Position numbers and translations under genes: made by a program | In this document: piece by piece, positions 1 through 17,165 of the stretch | Layout: each line of letters starts with the position of its first letter | Position numbering within the stretch: the first letter of the stretch is position 1 | Notes under the pieces: model-generated | Databases searched by the model: none | Seen by the model: the letters and a program-made list of their open reading frames with translations, nothing else | What the model was told of the DNA's origin: nothing | Assembly (NCBI GenBank): GCA_013239625.1 | Contig: MU056050.1 | Span: 2,342,084 to 2,406,083 of the forward strand | DNA length: 64,000 nucleotides | Origin: Lama guanicoe | Taxonomy: Eukaryota | Direction: 5' to 3'

Positions 1-237
1 TTTTCTCCAAACCAAGACATATTATATATGACTTTTGAAACTATCATCCAGTATAGACCGGAAGCTGATAATCAGAAGTGACAACTCTCACCAGCCTGTG
101 GGAACATGATCGCATAATCTCCCATAATCTCCTGAAGTAAGGCAGAAGATAAACTTCAACACTGTAAAACATTTTAAAGTCTTCAGAATCCTTCGGTAAC
201 CTAATCTCATAAATCACATTAAAGTATAATTGTGTTA

Positions 238-643
<406 letters not shown>

Positions 644-999
644 CTAAGGGAGGGGAGGGAAGGCTGTCACTTTTAAAGAAAAATTCCATCCTTCAAAATA
701 CCAGAAGCTGAAACTTTAGACTAGATTAATGATGCCATGTGAAAACATGTTATGCATCTGAATGATAGGTAGTTTTCTCAGAAAGATTCAGCTTATTCAA
801 GGATATTAATTTGGAATGTTAGTTTGAGATAGATAAAAAATACAGCACTTTTTAAAAATGAATAAATTGTGCTTAAATTTTAAACATTATTTTACAACTG
901 AATCTTAAACTCAGCTTCTCTTTTAAAACTGAACCACCCAGAGCTTACTGGAAGTGGTCATTATATACATGGGCAAAATATAAAAGTATTTACTAGTCA

Positions 1000-1131
<132 letters not shown>

Positions 1132-1744
1132 CTACAGAAAAAATGTTTGAAAAATAAAAATAAATCAAGGTCAAAATTAATTCAACATTAAAAGATCATG
1201 TTATAGCAAATCATAATCAACTAAACAAGTAACTTTAGTCAAAATGCATCTTCCCTTTCTATATTCACAATTCCAGAGACCTTCAATGATTTTGGCTTTT
1301 GTGAGGAAACAGCACATTCATAAAGCAACAATAACAACAGTAAACACTTTTATAAAGAAAGCTGCTTTATAATGACAGAAGAAAAAACTAACATTATTAT
1401 TATTACATCATAACTTCTTTAACAAAGATTCAGCCATAGGTATTACTGGGGTTAAGGGGAAAGTAAGCAGAGGCGAGGCTGACAGAAACCAGAAATAGGC
1501 AGCTGATAGGCTGTAACACATATTATATTTTTAAACAACAAAATGCAGTAAATTCGTTATTAAGAAAAAGGCCAGATGCAAAAACCTGTGAATGACCACA
1601 CTGAAAAGCATCCCTGCTTTTATATATGTGTGAAAGTGTAAGCTTTTTGTTGTTTTTTGAGGGGGGTGAAGGTTAAGAATGGAGAGGAGAGTTCTATCTA
1701 TTACACAAACATATAAACCCAAACATTGAGTTAACGGATTAACT

Positions 1745-1972
1745 AGGGGTGTTTATTATGTATCAGGCACTATTCAAAGTGCTTTTGTGTGTAGTGACTC
1801 ATTTAATCCTCAAAACAATCTTATGAAGCAGATACTATCATCCCATTTTACAGATAGAAAACTGAGGCACAGAGAGGTTAAAAAAAACTTGCCAAAGATC
1901 ATATAGCTAGAAAGTAGCAGAGCTAGGATTCAAGTTCAGGCACTTGGCTCTTGAGTTCATGCTTTTAACCAC
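1745..1972 (-). mobile_element. MIR SINE
   Basis: Core motif ctcatttaatcctca...cccattttacagatagaaaactgaggcacagagaggttaa. Confidence 0.85.
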
Positions 1973-2032
1973 ACACACAATAATACCTCTACAGATTATA
2001 ATGTTTAGCTATCTTTGTGTGAGACTTTTTTA

Positions 2033-2236
<204 letters not shown>

Positions 2237-2597
2237 TTAAGTGGTAAACTTCTTCCTCAAGTGCCTCAAGGCCACTAAACATGACAACATAAACTTTAGT
2301 GTAGAGAATGCTATAAAACCACAAACTATTTATAGTTTGTAACCAAAAGGTCATGCCTGGGATAAGACTTTCATTTTCACTCTGTGGACATTTTTCTACC
2401 TATAATTTCTCCAGAAATATGATTTTATACAGAAAAGTTGAATGATAAGCTGCCAATGTTGTAGTTATAAGTTAATTAATTTCACCAGCAAATTAAATCG
2501 GTTCCTTCAGTGAACATGTGAAGCCAACTCTGCATTGATGAATAACCAAAGAATGGGATAGTGAATACTGAGTTGAAATACAACATAATACACTTCA

Positions 2598-2813
<216 letters not shown>

Positions 2814-3758
2814 CTACAAAGTATAAGTTAGATACTTTTCTAACTAGAGGCACATTACCTCCCCTTCGTTTCATTAAAAAATTCAAAGAGACATATGCTG
2901 ACATTCTGAACAAATTACTTCAACAAGGGTGGTTAGGAGTCCACTTGAATGTGCTTTTACCTCTATTCAACAAATCTAAGACAAAGTTGGCCTTCATACA
3001 TTATCAAAACCGGCTGCCTTCTCAACACTGGTACTTTTAGTCTGAGGCATGGAGTCATCTTTGATCTTTATTTCACCTTCCCAACAGTCCAATTACAAGT
3101 CTTTTGCAGTCCTGCTACCTCTACCAGTCTCTGCTCTCCGTACTTCACAATGAATTACCCAAAAAGCCACCCAGCTGGTGTCCAACCTAATACCAGTCCC
3201 TTCCCCTATCGAACACATACTTCATACCACTGTTATGAGTAATCTTTCTTAAGTACCAATTTTTACCATTATCATTTCCCCACTCAGGAATCTAAAATAG
3301 CTCTCAGTTTTATCAAGTCTTCTTTTCTATCACTACTCTACATCATCTGGCCCCATTCTTAACCACTCAAATTTATCACTAAGCAGATTCACTACAGTAA
3401 AAGTGGGGTTTTTTAACCTTAGACTACGTCACACCTTTGCTGAAGCTCTAGAGTGGGCAATTTGCCTCCGTATTTCCAAACCTAACTTACTCTGAAGGCC
3501 TATCCAGTCTAAGATTTGCCTCTTCAGTAAAGCTTTCTCCCAAAGAATTCTTTTGGGAACTCCTATTGCTCCTGCAATTGGAGTCACATAGATCATTTCA
3601 AGTTGCTAACACAGCATTCAGTAGAAAAGCAAACTCAAATACCTGGGACAGACAGGGTCAAATACCTTTTGATTGATCATAACTTCCATGTACTCACCAA
3701 GCCTGCTATCCCCACCCATTGAGAGAGGTCACCTCCAAACCCACTTAGGAAAATATTA

Positions 3759-4214
<456 letters not shown>

Positions 4215-4683
4215 CTAGGATCCTTTTCCAAGAATCAGAGGATGACAAATCAAACCTGTTGTAGGAATTCTAACTTCCTACCAACAACATATATTTTAAG
4301 ATAAATCATCCCTGGAAGCTGTTTCAATATTTAGTCCTGTGTGTTCACTAGGAACTTTTCAGAAGATCCTTATTGCATCTGACCTGTTGAGTAAGTGAAC
4401 AGGGTGTGTGCGTGCCCCCTCTCCATTCCCCCCACCCTACTCTCTCTCACTGCTGCATCAAGAATTGAACATGTAGAGTTTCCACTCCTGCTTTTGAGAT
4501 ATTCAAGGGAATCAGGTAGAGGGTCTTAACACTAGTAAAGGGCAGAATGGAACTAGTAACAGCCAACCAAGACAGAATGTTTTATCACTACATGGAGCTC
4601 CTATCAGCTATTACGATTTGTGAATTAAGAAGCTGGATCAACATAAAGGAAGGTTATGAGACCATTACCATAAGACTGCTAAG

Positions 4684-4796
4684 TAGGGTGACCAACTGTC
4701 TAGGTTTGCCAGTGACCGAGGGGTTTCCCAGGATGCAAGACTGCAGTGCTAAAATTGGGAATGTCCCAGGCAAATCAGGACCAATTGGTCACCCGA
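4684..4796. mobile_element. MER81-like hAT-Blackjack MITE with intact 8-bp TSD
   Basis: TIRs TAGGGTGACC...GGTCACCCGA; TSD CTGCTAAG at 4676-4683 and 4797-4804; 113 bp. Confidence 0.88.
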
Positions 4797-7647
4797 CTGC
4801 TAAGCTAAATAAGATTTTCTATGAATTGCTATGGTATACTGGAGTTTAAAGCATGTGGGAACTGACTTACTACAGCCCTTTTGGCCTGATTGGTTCATCC
4901 TAATTTGGGGGAATGTTTGAGGAATGCCATACCCTTAATGGGAGAAAGCACAATGGGAGGAAGTACATATTATTTCATACAATGTATGTGAAATGTAAAA
5001 AAGAAAATAATACAAAATGGAGATGCTACAATTGTCTAATGTCTTTCAGTTTCTTTAAGATGAAAGCACTCATCCAGAAAATTATGTGGGTTAGGCATCA
5101 TCCCTGAACATGAACCTAAGAGGAGATCTAAAATTAGCTGCTTCTTTATGTTAGGAAAGCAATTAAATCATTCACAGTTTGTGCTAAACATGGAACCCAG
5201 AACTAGAAAGTCAGAAGTCAAAGGTTCCACTTCCAGTTCTGAATCATGATAGGCAAAAGAGTCTTGGGTCCTTATAGTCAAGCTGCCATCCCTCCTGAGT
5301 GACACTATACCACAGGCTCACTGGACTGAAGGCACACCAAGTACTCTTTGTCCCACAGAGTATCTCAAGAAGGCTCTGAGAACCATAAAAATTATTTTAG
5401 AAGTGGAACAATTTATCTCTTGTTATCACCATTTTAGAGAGCATGCTGATTACTACTGAGATCACACCAGTGACCAAGTTACAAAAAATATTACTTATGA
5501 GAGAGGTTCCAATTCAACTACACCAAAGACCTGAGAGAATAGCAGCTGGAATAAGAAAGACTTAAAATTTTGAGGATGGGTCCTATTGACAACAATAAAT
5601 AGGAATCTATGTGAGCGGAATGACAATGCTAAGGTTCTAATGAAACAGAATAAAACAATGCTGAAACTACCTATTTAAGATAGTTAAGCTACCTGATTTG
5701 AGCAATATCTAGACTATGAATGGGGGGAAAGCCTTTCTTTCAGACCAGTGTTGCAAGGTGGGTCTCAACAACTAAAACTGAAAATTAGATTATAGGTATG
5801 AAAATGTCTTATGATAGCCCCAATCTCCCCAATCCTTTGGTTCTCAATCTGTGACTTCTACTGCTAGGCACATCCATAATTCCTATCTGGTTGGGGGAAA
5901 AAAAAAGGCTTGATCAGAAAAGATGGCTACATTTCATACTTGCCTAGGATAAATATTTCCTTGTCTAAAGTGAGTTTAACCCCTCTTCAAGCTCACATCT
6001 TCAGTCAAATGGAGAACCATAACAGGTCTACATCTCAAGACACCTGGGGAACTAGATCTATAGAATTGATATCCACTGTTAGTACTGTACTTCTAATTAC
6101 TGTTCAAAAAGCTCCTGTTGGCCTAATAACCTGAGCAGTGTTTGGTTGGCTTAATTGCTCCCATGAGAGCCTGCTGGTAGTCAATTTATAGAAGGGACCG
6201 AGCAGCCCTCCAATACTCATACTCTCTCATCGAAGGTTCTTTGAGAGGCTTTCACCCAAGAAGCAAAAGTAAGGATCCCTGGGGAAGCCTGGATGCCCAA
6301 TCCTGTGTAACCAAGGCTGCCAATGAACTCCCTTTCCAGACAGTGGCCTACTGCTGACTTGGTTGTATAGCCACCTCTGTATAGTTTTCTGTTTTCCTCC
6401 CCAACCCTGAGAGTGAAATGATATTTCTTTATTTAGATATTTTTACCTCTTAAATGATAAAGACAATATTTTATATAGGCTACAGAAAAGGGAGCTGTTG
6501 GTATGAATGGCCTGCTCCATTTCTGACCTGGAAAAGTTCAGCCAACCTCAGGCAACCAGCTGTTCCTGTTTGCTAGGGTTCAATATCGCTTATTAGTGCG
6601 TTCACTTCTCAGTACAGCACAGGGCAGGTCAGAATTTCTGAGATGAAGCAACTCTCCCACCTCAGTCCTTCAAGAAATCAGGTCCCCTGTTATATAGCTG
6701 AGACTGATCTACTGTGGGGTGGGGCGACAACACAAGACATAACTACACAAGGAGAGCAAAACAATTTTCTGGATTGAGAGATTCTAAAGGGGGTAAAAGA
6801 GGCCCAATCCTACTCTCTTAGTCCCTTTTTCGCTCTAGAGAGTACAGCACAGTATTGTCGCATAATGCTAATAAAGTGATAACTGAATCAATTAACGGTT
6901 AGTTGTTAGAGGTAAGTGTGAGACTGCAGCAGCTGATATGTAAACACTAACAGCTGATGGTTGATTAAATGATCAATTAGACCCCAAATTTCTCAGCGCC
7001 TTTTTCCACACCTCTACCACACAGCCCTATATCTCTACTGGGAACAAAGAAGGGATCCTAGTTTAGGAGAAAGGACCAAGATCTTCCCCCAAAATCTTAG
7101 TGAAAGCCTTGCATAGAACAGACTTTAAAACAACAATAAACAGAAGGGCTAGAATCGAAGCCTACACAAAAATGAAGAATATGCTGGGGTTCCAGTCAGA
7201 GTGGGGAAGTACCATCATTTCCAATCACAGCTCTGACCATGGCCCTGGGTGAAAAGTTAAAGTAAATTCCTATTAGAGGTCACTGTTTTGCAGGGAAGAG
7301 TCCAGGTGGCAGATAGAGGAGTCAGAGTGACTCCTCTTCCCCCACATCCTTACTTGAACTTCAGTACAGTCACTAATGAGATAACCTGCTCAGGAAGGCT
7401 CTAGTTTGCTTTTTGTTGTTGTTGTTTGTTTTCAGTTGTTTCAATTCGGTGGAGAGAAATAAAACAAGAAACGTGAATATTCCTTTCCTAGAAGTTATAT
7501 AGCAGAGAGTGCAAGAGCGTTTGGGGGTGGTTAAGTCTTTCTGTCAGTCTATTTTTTTTTTCTTTCAAGGCAGTACGCATAAGAGCAAGTCAAGTATCTG
7601 ACAGGGATACTGTCACTGAGGAAACAGGATTCTCTGTATTCAACAGG

Positions 7648-7864
7648 ACTGTTTCTCACAATGACATATGTTCGCCTGCATCAGAATCACCTAGTGCTTG
7701 ATTAAAAAAAACAAACACACTAACAAAAACAAAACAAAAATCCCCAGGTACCATTCAAGTTACTAAGTTAGAATCTGTGGGCGTGAGGCTGAGTTTCTAA
7801 GATGCTTCCCTGGTGATTCTTTAGTAATTCCCTGGTGACCTAAACTAATGCTTGTGAACTACAG
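7648..7864. mobile_element. MER5A-like hAT-Charlie DNA transposon remnant
   Basis: gcatcagaatcacct...ccctggtgattct motifs typical of MER5. Confidence 0.65.
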
Positions 7865-8086
7865 TTCTAGAGAACTCATAAGATATCAACTTGGACAACT
7901 GGTAGTGTAGTAACAGTAAAATTACAGAATTAGTAAGACTTACTTTTTCAAAGGGGTATTTTCATTGTCCACTGCTCAGAGCTGAGTATTAACAAGAGTA
8001 ACTCTCTAAAAGACATTATCTATATCGATGTCAAACTAAAACATATTTACAAATAAAACAGCTAAGAAATAATGTGGAATCATTCA

Positions 8087-8278
<192 letters not shown>

Positions 8279-9061
8279 CTAAATTGAAAAAATAAGACAA
8301 AAAAATACAAATGTACTACCACTTTACAAAAGCAATAAAACATTTTCCAAAATGATTGAAACATGTCATTTTAACAATATTTTGATTAACAATTAAGAAT
8401 TCAAATTTTACTACTTGAAGGAACTTTGGAGACAATCTACAAATTTAATCATATAGTCATATTACAAAAAAGACACCAAGGTCCTGAAAAGTTGACTAAT
8501 CTAAGATCTTAATAGTCAACCAAGGTCTCAAGTTCCAAGCTATTATTCATGACTTTTAGTAGCAGAATATAGTTACCTAACTCACATACAAAAATTTTTA
8601 TGTATTTACAAGTCAATTCTCTTACCTTAAAAAATAAACTTTATTTATAAAATATATGTTTTTTATTTCCTTGTAATATAGTTGGTGAAAGTTAAACACA
8701 TTTTGTATGTTAATCCTAGGTTTTGATGCTTAATATTTTAAAATATATTTTATAAATACAGATCATATCTACTTTGTTGTGACTGAAATTCCAGATTTCC
8801 AGAGACCAGAAAAGATACGAGCAAACAACATGAAGCTATCTACCTAACTGAAAACCTTATACATATCATTACATCTCCTAGAGCCATCTCTTATATATCA
8901 TAACTGGCAAAGAAACAACCTCTATTTCCAGAATGTCTATTTTATATTAGGGCTGTTTCGTATTCACATGATGTGCAAAAATGACACATTCAAATTACAC
9001 CACATTCTATACTTTCCATTATTAGGATTAAAAATTTCACAGAAACACAAAGGCCACTTTA

Positions 9062-9277
<216 letters not shown>

Positions 9278-9775
9278 CTACCACATGCCATCTGATTTGA
9301 AAAACAACACAGAAAAAGTTTAGTTACAATCCTGAAGATACACTCTACATTCCTTCCTTCTCTTCACAAACTTATTGTACTGACACTATTACTGCCACTG
9401 GCTTAAAGATAAATGTCAATTGTCTTTAAATTTCTACATATTTTCCATTTCCTAACTTGCAGTCCCTTATAAAGGATTATTCTTTAGTCAGTGTGGAGCA
9501 GATTCAACAACAGATGTGCTCAGATTCATGCCAGTTAGAATATCAAGGACCACAGAAGATTTGATACTTATTTCCCTTACAGATGTATTACTGTCTTTTA
9601 TACTTTGTTTCAGCTTTTTTAAAAGGTTTAAATAACTAATATATCACAATTTTAAAAAGTGAGGTAGGGGCGATTTTAAGGAGGGTATGTATGGCTTTGA
9701 CTTTAGCTTTATGTACTTAGGTGCTGTTTAAATTCTTTACTATGAGCATGCATACATTTTGAATTTTAAAAATCA

Positions 9776-9979
<204 letters not shown>

Positions 9980-10104
9980 CTATAATTAATATACTGAGAA
10001 TCCCTAAATCATTTCTATATAAATACGGGAGAGAAGGGGCTGAAGTGGTTTCTAAGGAAAAACTGCATTCTTAGAACTATACTGAGAAATATTTGGCGAT
10101 GTAG

Positions 10105-10545
10105 TATGTTTATTTTAACTTTTCACTTGGAAATAATTTCAAATTTACAGATAAGATACAAAGGTAAAAGCAGTACAAAGCACACTCATACCCTTTACCA
10201 CTACTTCACATAGTATTAACATTTTTACTCCTGTTCAATCATTTGTTTTCTCTCTCTCCCTATCTTCACACACATACAATTTTTTAAACTATTTGAGAGT
10301 AACTTATTTAGTAACATCATTTTAGAGGTACCTAAATTCCTAATTACCCCTAAAATTCCTAAGAATGTATTTCCTAAGAATACAGCTATTCTCTTATCTT
10401 ACATAACCACAGCTTAGTTATCAACTTTAGTAAACCAAACACTGATGCAATACTTTAATCTACAGGTCATATTTCATTTTTATCAGCCAACCAACCCTAT
10501 AATGTCCTTCACAGCAATTTTTTAGTCCTCCAGTGCAGGATGGTC
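10105..10545 (-). mobile_element. Old L1 (L1MC-like) 3' fragment
   Basis: ttggaaataatttcaaatttacag...tatttcctaagaa...ataaccacag motifs of antisense L1MC 3' ends. Confidence 0.55.
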
Positions 10546-11959
10546 AATATATATTTTTGATGGTATAGAGTCACCTCTCTAAACAATCACACACACACAC
10601 ACACTTGGAAGGAATGGAGGGAAGAAGAGAAGAAAGAAAAAAAAGAAAGGGAATCCAAGTTCCAAGTTGTGGTACTTGAGTCTAAGATGACAGTTTACTG
10701 GCCAGCCTTAAGCATATTTATTCCTGTGCCAACAGTTATGCATTTGAATTCTCAAAGTTTAGGACTGTCTATGGAAATAACACCTTCTAACTTTCAAGAT
10801 CTTCCTTTATTAGTTAAGTAATGAAGATAAAGTGAAAACACTCTTTCCTACAAAACAAATACAGATGTTTTTCCAAACATAAAGCTAGGAATACCCAAGA
10901 CACAAGTTAATGGACAAAGGAATAGCTTTCTAAGATTCTTATTGAGTGCTTACTCTCAACTTGCCTTGTTTTCCTAAACAGTTTTTGAAAATAAGAGGGC
11001 TTTCAGGCAAATCAGTTTGCAGCAGGTATCAGTGAAGTATTTTATTTTTTCTTTAAACTATCTTTTAATTAGATGATCACAAAAGCTATATAACACAATA
11101 CAGAAAACTGAGCTAGAGACTTAAAAATAAATGTGATGTTCTCCTGGCATATATAGACACAGAAGAGTAAAATGTATAGGAATGGTCAATAGATGAGTAT
11201 AACACAAGTGATAGATGCTGATAAAAGCCTAAACCTAATTATTATTTTTTTTAAGTTTTCTCTAAACCAAAATAATCTGTCAAGAATTACTTAGGTAATA
11301 CTTGTTTGTGGCACCCGATAGCTTTACAAAGTTCTGTTCGCTTCTATCAGAAAGCTTTGGAAAACAATTTCCAGTTCTTTGATTCTAGTTAGTCTATGCT
11401 GATGGGGTTTCATATACATTCTAATTCAAACTCTAAGCCTCTGATATTGGTCCAGAACAAAATTTAAAAACTCAGTATGAAAAGGACACTGTCCAAAAGG
11501 TGAATTAGCTTTACATAGCTCTAAAGTTTAAATTCAAAAAATAATCACGCTTTAAAGATACTATATACACCCTCAAAATAAACACATTCCTACCAAATGC
11601 TCCATGTAAAGGCCAATTACTGTCTAGTAGCATAATCAATAGTGCAATATGTTTTACCATAAGAGGAGACACAATATACCATATTAACCATTTTTTCAAA
11701 AGCCTAACAGGTAGTCAAAATGAGTTAGTCTTTTTAATGAGTTACATATATACCCCAATATTACATTTCTTTCTGCAAAAATGTATTATATATTAAGTTA
11801 TAATTTCTTTTAATTAAAGAATTCCATATAAATAAGTGAAAAAATATTGTACTTAAGCCTACAACCAACAAGTAGTTTTTTAAGATAACAACAATCTCAA
11901 TATCCCAATACCACCAGAAGTACTCTAATTATTGAATTTCATTTATATATCATTTGCTA

Positions 11960-12106
<147 letters not shown>

Positions 12107-12217
12107 TCATAAAACAAAAGGCACAACATTAAGTATCATTTCTTCAACTCAATTTCCAAAACAAAATGAGGTGGGAAAAATTGTATTGCTGATGCCACTG
12201 AATGAAATTTTATAATT

Positions 12218-12450
12218 AATAATAGCTAATATTTACTGAGCATACATATGCTGAACACCCTATTAAGCACTTTATGTAATTATCTCATTTCATCTTTGCA
12301 ATAATCATCTCAGGTAGGTATAAACCTATCAATGAGGAAAATTCAGAACAGATATATCATGTAACTTGCTCACAGTCACACAATTGGTATGATGTAGAAC
12401 AATGATTCAAATTTACAAAGCCTAATTCTATAGCCTGTGACATTAATTAG
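12218..12450 (-). mobile_element. MIR SINE
   Basis: aataatagctaatatttactgagc...atctcatttcatct...atgaggaaa...gtaacttgctcacagtcacac. Confidence 0.75.
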
Positions 12451-12709
12451 CCACAATAAAATCTTACAGATCACTCAGTAAACCTGAATGATCAACAAAA
12501 CACCTGCCTTTCAAATGTTTGAGTCACAAAAAAAAATCTTTTATCTAGGAACATGTCACTAGTTGTGGAGGGACAAAGAAACACTGCCAGACCACGAAGC
12601 AAATAAAAGACCAATTTTAGTCAACAGTCCTTATCATATCTTGAGTAGGGAGAAAACCCCAGTTAAGACAAGAGGAGGAGGTCCTAGTAAAACAAGTTAT
12701 CTGCAGCCT

Positions 12710-13170
12710 TTTTAACAATTATTTGCTCAGCACCTAAACGATAATGGACAAAACAGATTCTGCCCTCAAGGAGCTTACAGACCAGTGAGAGAGACAGAAA
12801 AGTAAACTAAAATAACTATGATGCATAAAAGGTTCTATGGAAGTACAGAAGAGGGGCACCTTATTCTGACTTTTGGGTGGAAGTGTTAACAGGGAAAGCT
12901 TTGCAGGTCACATCTCTAAGCTGAACTCTAATGAATAAGTAGAAAACGTGTGAGAGGAGATGGGTGGGCATGGGAGGGTATCCCAAGTAGAGGAATTAAC
13001 ATGTAAAAGGACCATGGAAAGTGGAAGAAGTTCAGCATTAATGGAACCTAAAATATTAAGGAGGGGCAAAAGATGAGGGTGGACCTGATTCCAAAAGAAC
13101 TTACTTGTATGATTTATTTCAGATTTCAAAGGGCAATGGGGAACTACTGCAAGATTCAGCTATCGGAGAT
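12710..13170 (-). mobile_element. L2 LINE fragment
   Basis: aacaattatttgctcagcacct...tgccctcaaggagcttacag...agctgaactct motifs. Confidence 0.65.
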
Positions 13171-13514
13171 ACAACAGGTTGAAAGAAAAGGGAACTGGAT
13201 GCTAGAAATCCACGGTACAAGGAACAGAAAAAAAAAAAGCTAGGGTTTTTTGTTAAACAACCGAGTTTTTGTTCTTTTAAGAAGACTAGAACCTCAGGAT
13301 GGAAAAGAGAGAAAGGGGAATAGTTCCCTTAAGATTAATTCCTATAACATAATAGAATGGATGGGAATTTTCATCTCCCCAGTAATCCATGCCCAAATTC
13401 TATCACAGTCAATAATGGCCTCTTGAGTTGGAAAAGCAGTAAGCACATGAACATCCTTGAACAGCCAAGGACTTGGACTCTCTGTAGAACAAGCTGAATG
13501 GCTAGATATTCTCA

Positions 13515-14113
<599 letters not shown>

Positions 14114-14207
14114 AGGCCAAGACATCATAATTCAACGATGTGAGGTATTTTAATGAATCTACTACAGGTGTTATTAAGTTATCATACTTCTGTATTTGTG
14201 ACAAGAT
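14114..14207 (-). CDS. THOC2: THOC2 coding exon 17 ([32 protein letters not shown])
   Basis: Translation match; ccag acceptor, CCT|gtatcctt donor; 94 nt. Confidence 0.95.
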
Positions 14208-14852
14208 CTGGAAGACAGCAACAAAGAATAAAAGGCATTAACTAATCAAAAAAGAACTACTGTGCTAACTAAATAATGGCTAGTCTTTTTATTTTTCAAA
14301 AGAAATAATGCTTAAAATTAGTTTCCTTCCATTGTGTATTTATATAAAACCTACTATTCTATCATTTCCTTAGAAAATATTTTCTTAGGCTACATTTTCC
14401 AATTAGGAAGTAATTCCAGGGCATCCAAACTATAATTTTGGAATTATAGAGGCTAGTCTTATGTCAAATGTGTTTTAGAACTTTCTAAATATGGAAGTGT
14501 AACATCTGAATCACAATGAAATGCTGTTCAAATGTTTCTAAAAAATAAAATCAACAAATAATACATCTCTTTATTAATGTTTCTATAACTCAAAATGTGG
14601 TGCACAAAGCAATGTTAGATAGCCTGTTTATAACAGTAGCACTGTTACATATTACTAGAAAAGTAGATCAATGTGTTAAGTGTTTGCATACTAAATTGTT
14701 TCTAGAATAACCAATGTTTTATTTGCTAAAGGCTTTTTTCCCCTAAAACTACCAAGTATTTTTAAAACTACATCATTCCATTTCCACTTGTGCTGATTTA
14801 AAGACAATGAAAAGAAAAAATCCCTGAAAATAATATTAACCTCAAAACATAC

Positions 14853-14937
14853 ATAATCAAACAAAATGGTTGGATTGCTGTGGCTCAACTTCCCAATTTG
14901 TCTTCCAGAAGGCTTCACATTTTCCTTGGTTAGACGC
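14853..14937 (-). CDS. THOC2: THOC2 coding exon 16 ([28 protein letters not shown])
   Basis: Within ORF 14691..14969; gtag acceptor, TAT|gtatgt donor; 85 nt. Confidence 0.95.
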
Positions 14938-16319
14938 CTACAAGGGGAGAAAAAGGTGGCAGGGATCATCTTAAGTAATTTCCCTCGTAATGTTGGTAGC
15001 TTTGTTACATCATGAAAAAAAAATTATTTCCCAAATATCCAAAATGGATCCATGTAAACAACAACATTCATCATATACTTTACTGTAGGACTGGGCTACT
15101 TTGATTAGGCATTCTCCCAGAAGGTATTAAGATTTTGTATTAATGCTTAACATTTATAGTATAGACATCTTCATCTTATAGTAATAGTCTAATAAGCATT
15201 AAAACTCTTAACGTACTCTTCAAGTACATAAAACTCTTCTTATAGAGAATAATTATTCAGATTTTGAAGGGCTCATTATCAGTTTAGGGATTAAGATATC
15301 AAATTTGGTGTAATACCCTGAAATGTCTCATGCCATCTGTCTCAGTGACCCTAACAGAGTAATAGCTAACTCCTTGATAGAAGAAGTTATCTGGTTTTCA
15401 TAGTCAAAGTAAACAATTCTTGAAAACTCAATTCTACTACTTTCCTTCCTCTTTAATTCTCCCTCTAATCGGTATTCTCTAACATTCTGGAAATTTGTAT
15501 CTATGAAATGCTTGCAAGTTCAAAACAATTATTACACAGGATCTTAAACTCTTCTGATGAGATTATTACATAAGAAGTCTAGACACTTAAAACTTGAAAA
15601 GCTTACAAGTGACAGGAAGCTTTCTAGAATGAAAATATAACGAAGCAAATAATGAATTCAGTTGATAGTTCAAGGAATGTGACCATTCTGGAAGTGACAA
15701 ACTTGATATAATCTTCAGAAGCATCTCATGACAAAACTGATCCATCCATCAAAATTATTTCATCAACAACTGCTTCCCTTTCCCATTTTCCATGGCCCAG
15801 TTTCTTTTTTTCCCTCATGAAAAAGAGAGACCCATCAGTTTTAAACTTTGGCTAAACTCTATTCCGCTTTCAAGGTTACCACCACCTGCTCTTCTAATCT
15901 TACTATTTCAGGTGGCCCTCCTACTTGCCAAAGCCAACACTTCCTCTGCATATTTTTCATCTCATTCCCTTCTGCCTCCACCACACTGTGGGGAAAAACA
16001 AACAAAAATAAAAGGAAAATCTTCTTAAGTCTTCCCTTCAAGTAACCATGGTGTCTAGCATATGGAACATAATCAATGAGCATTTGCGGAATGAATTATT
16101 GGATGCCCTATAGCAAATGAGTGTTTTAAACAGTAATCAAAACTTATGAAATTCTCAAATAACAAATTAATACATTCCATTCTCAACATAAAAAAGATCA
16201 ATCAATAACAAAATCATATTGTTTAAGTCTGGTGAAATAGTTATAGCTTACAAATATAACAGAAATAAAAGTATATTAAAAATTTTGCACATACTCTTCC
16301 GTGATAAACATTTTTATTA

Positions 16320-17165
16320 ATTTACTTATTAATTAATTCATATTAATGTCTTCCATAACAGGCAAAGTGCTAAACACTTGGAATACAAGGATGAATAACA
16401 GCTCTTGCTCTCAAGCTCAGCCCAGCTGGGGAAACAGATTTAACACCATTATTTAAATTTTTATATTCTTAAACAAATACAGCCAATTACAGAACAGTAC
16501 TTATTAAATGCTATCAAAAGTATAAAAGGGGAGGGAATAATACATCTGTATTCACTTGCATATACATAAAAATACCTGGAAGGGTTTTTGAAAAAGAAAC
16601 TAAACAGTGGCCACTTTTTCCCCCCCTTGAGAGAATTGAGTGGATAAGATGAAAGACTTTTTACTGTCTACCTTTTTACATCTACCAAAATGCAAACCAT
16701 GTGAATGCATAAACTATTGAAAAAAATTAGATAATTTAAAAAAGAAAAATAATCATAGCAATGTATCTAAGTGGTATGAAAGTATTATATGCAACAACGG
16801 GATAGTGGTGGCACAAATAAAGAGCAATTAATTATGCTTGGTGGTATGTGCTATGGAAGGCTTCACAGAGGTGACACTGGAGCCACCTCAGAAGGATGAG
16901 GTCACCAGACAGAGAAAGGAAAAAGAGGTAAGGGAAAACCTGTATGAACAAAAGAAACAAAAACTAAATGCAAAGGAAAAGGAGATCACAGCACATTCAG
17001 GAAAATGTAAGTGGGCTCAGGTAAAATTGGCAGGAAATGAGAATAGTAAAACAGGGACAGACAGATCATGGAGGTTCTCTTTCATCACCATGTCGTACAG
17101 TTTGACATATAACCTGCAAGCAATCGTTAATCACCAAAGGATTTTGAAGAAAGAGAATAATATAA
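16320..17165 (-). mobile_element. L2 fragment, probably interrupted by an old L1 3' piece (~16480-16740)
   Basis: caggcaaagtgctaaacacttggaatacaaggatgaataa...gaaggcttcacagaggtgacactggagc L2 motifs. Confidence 0.55.
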
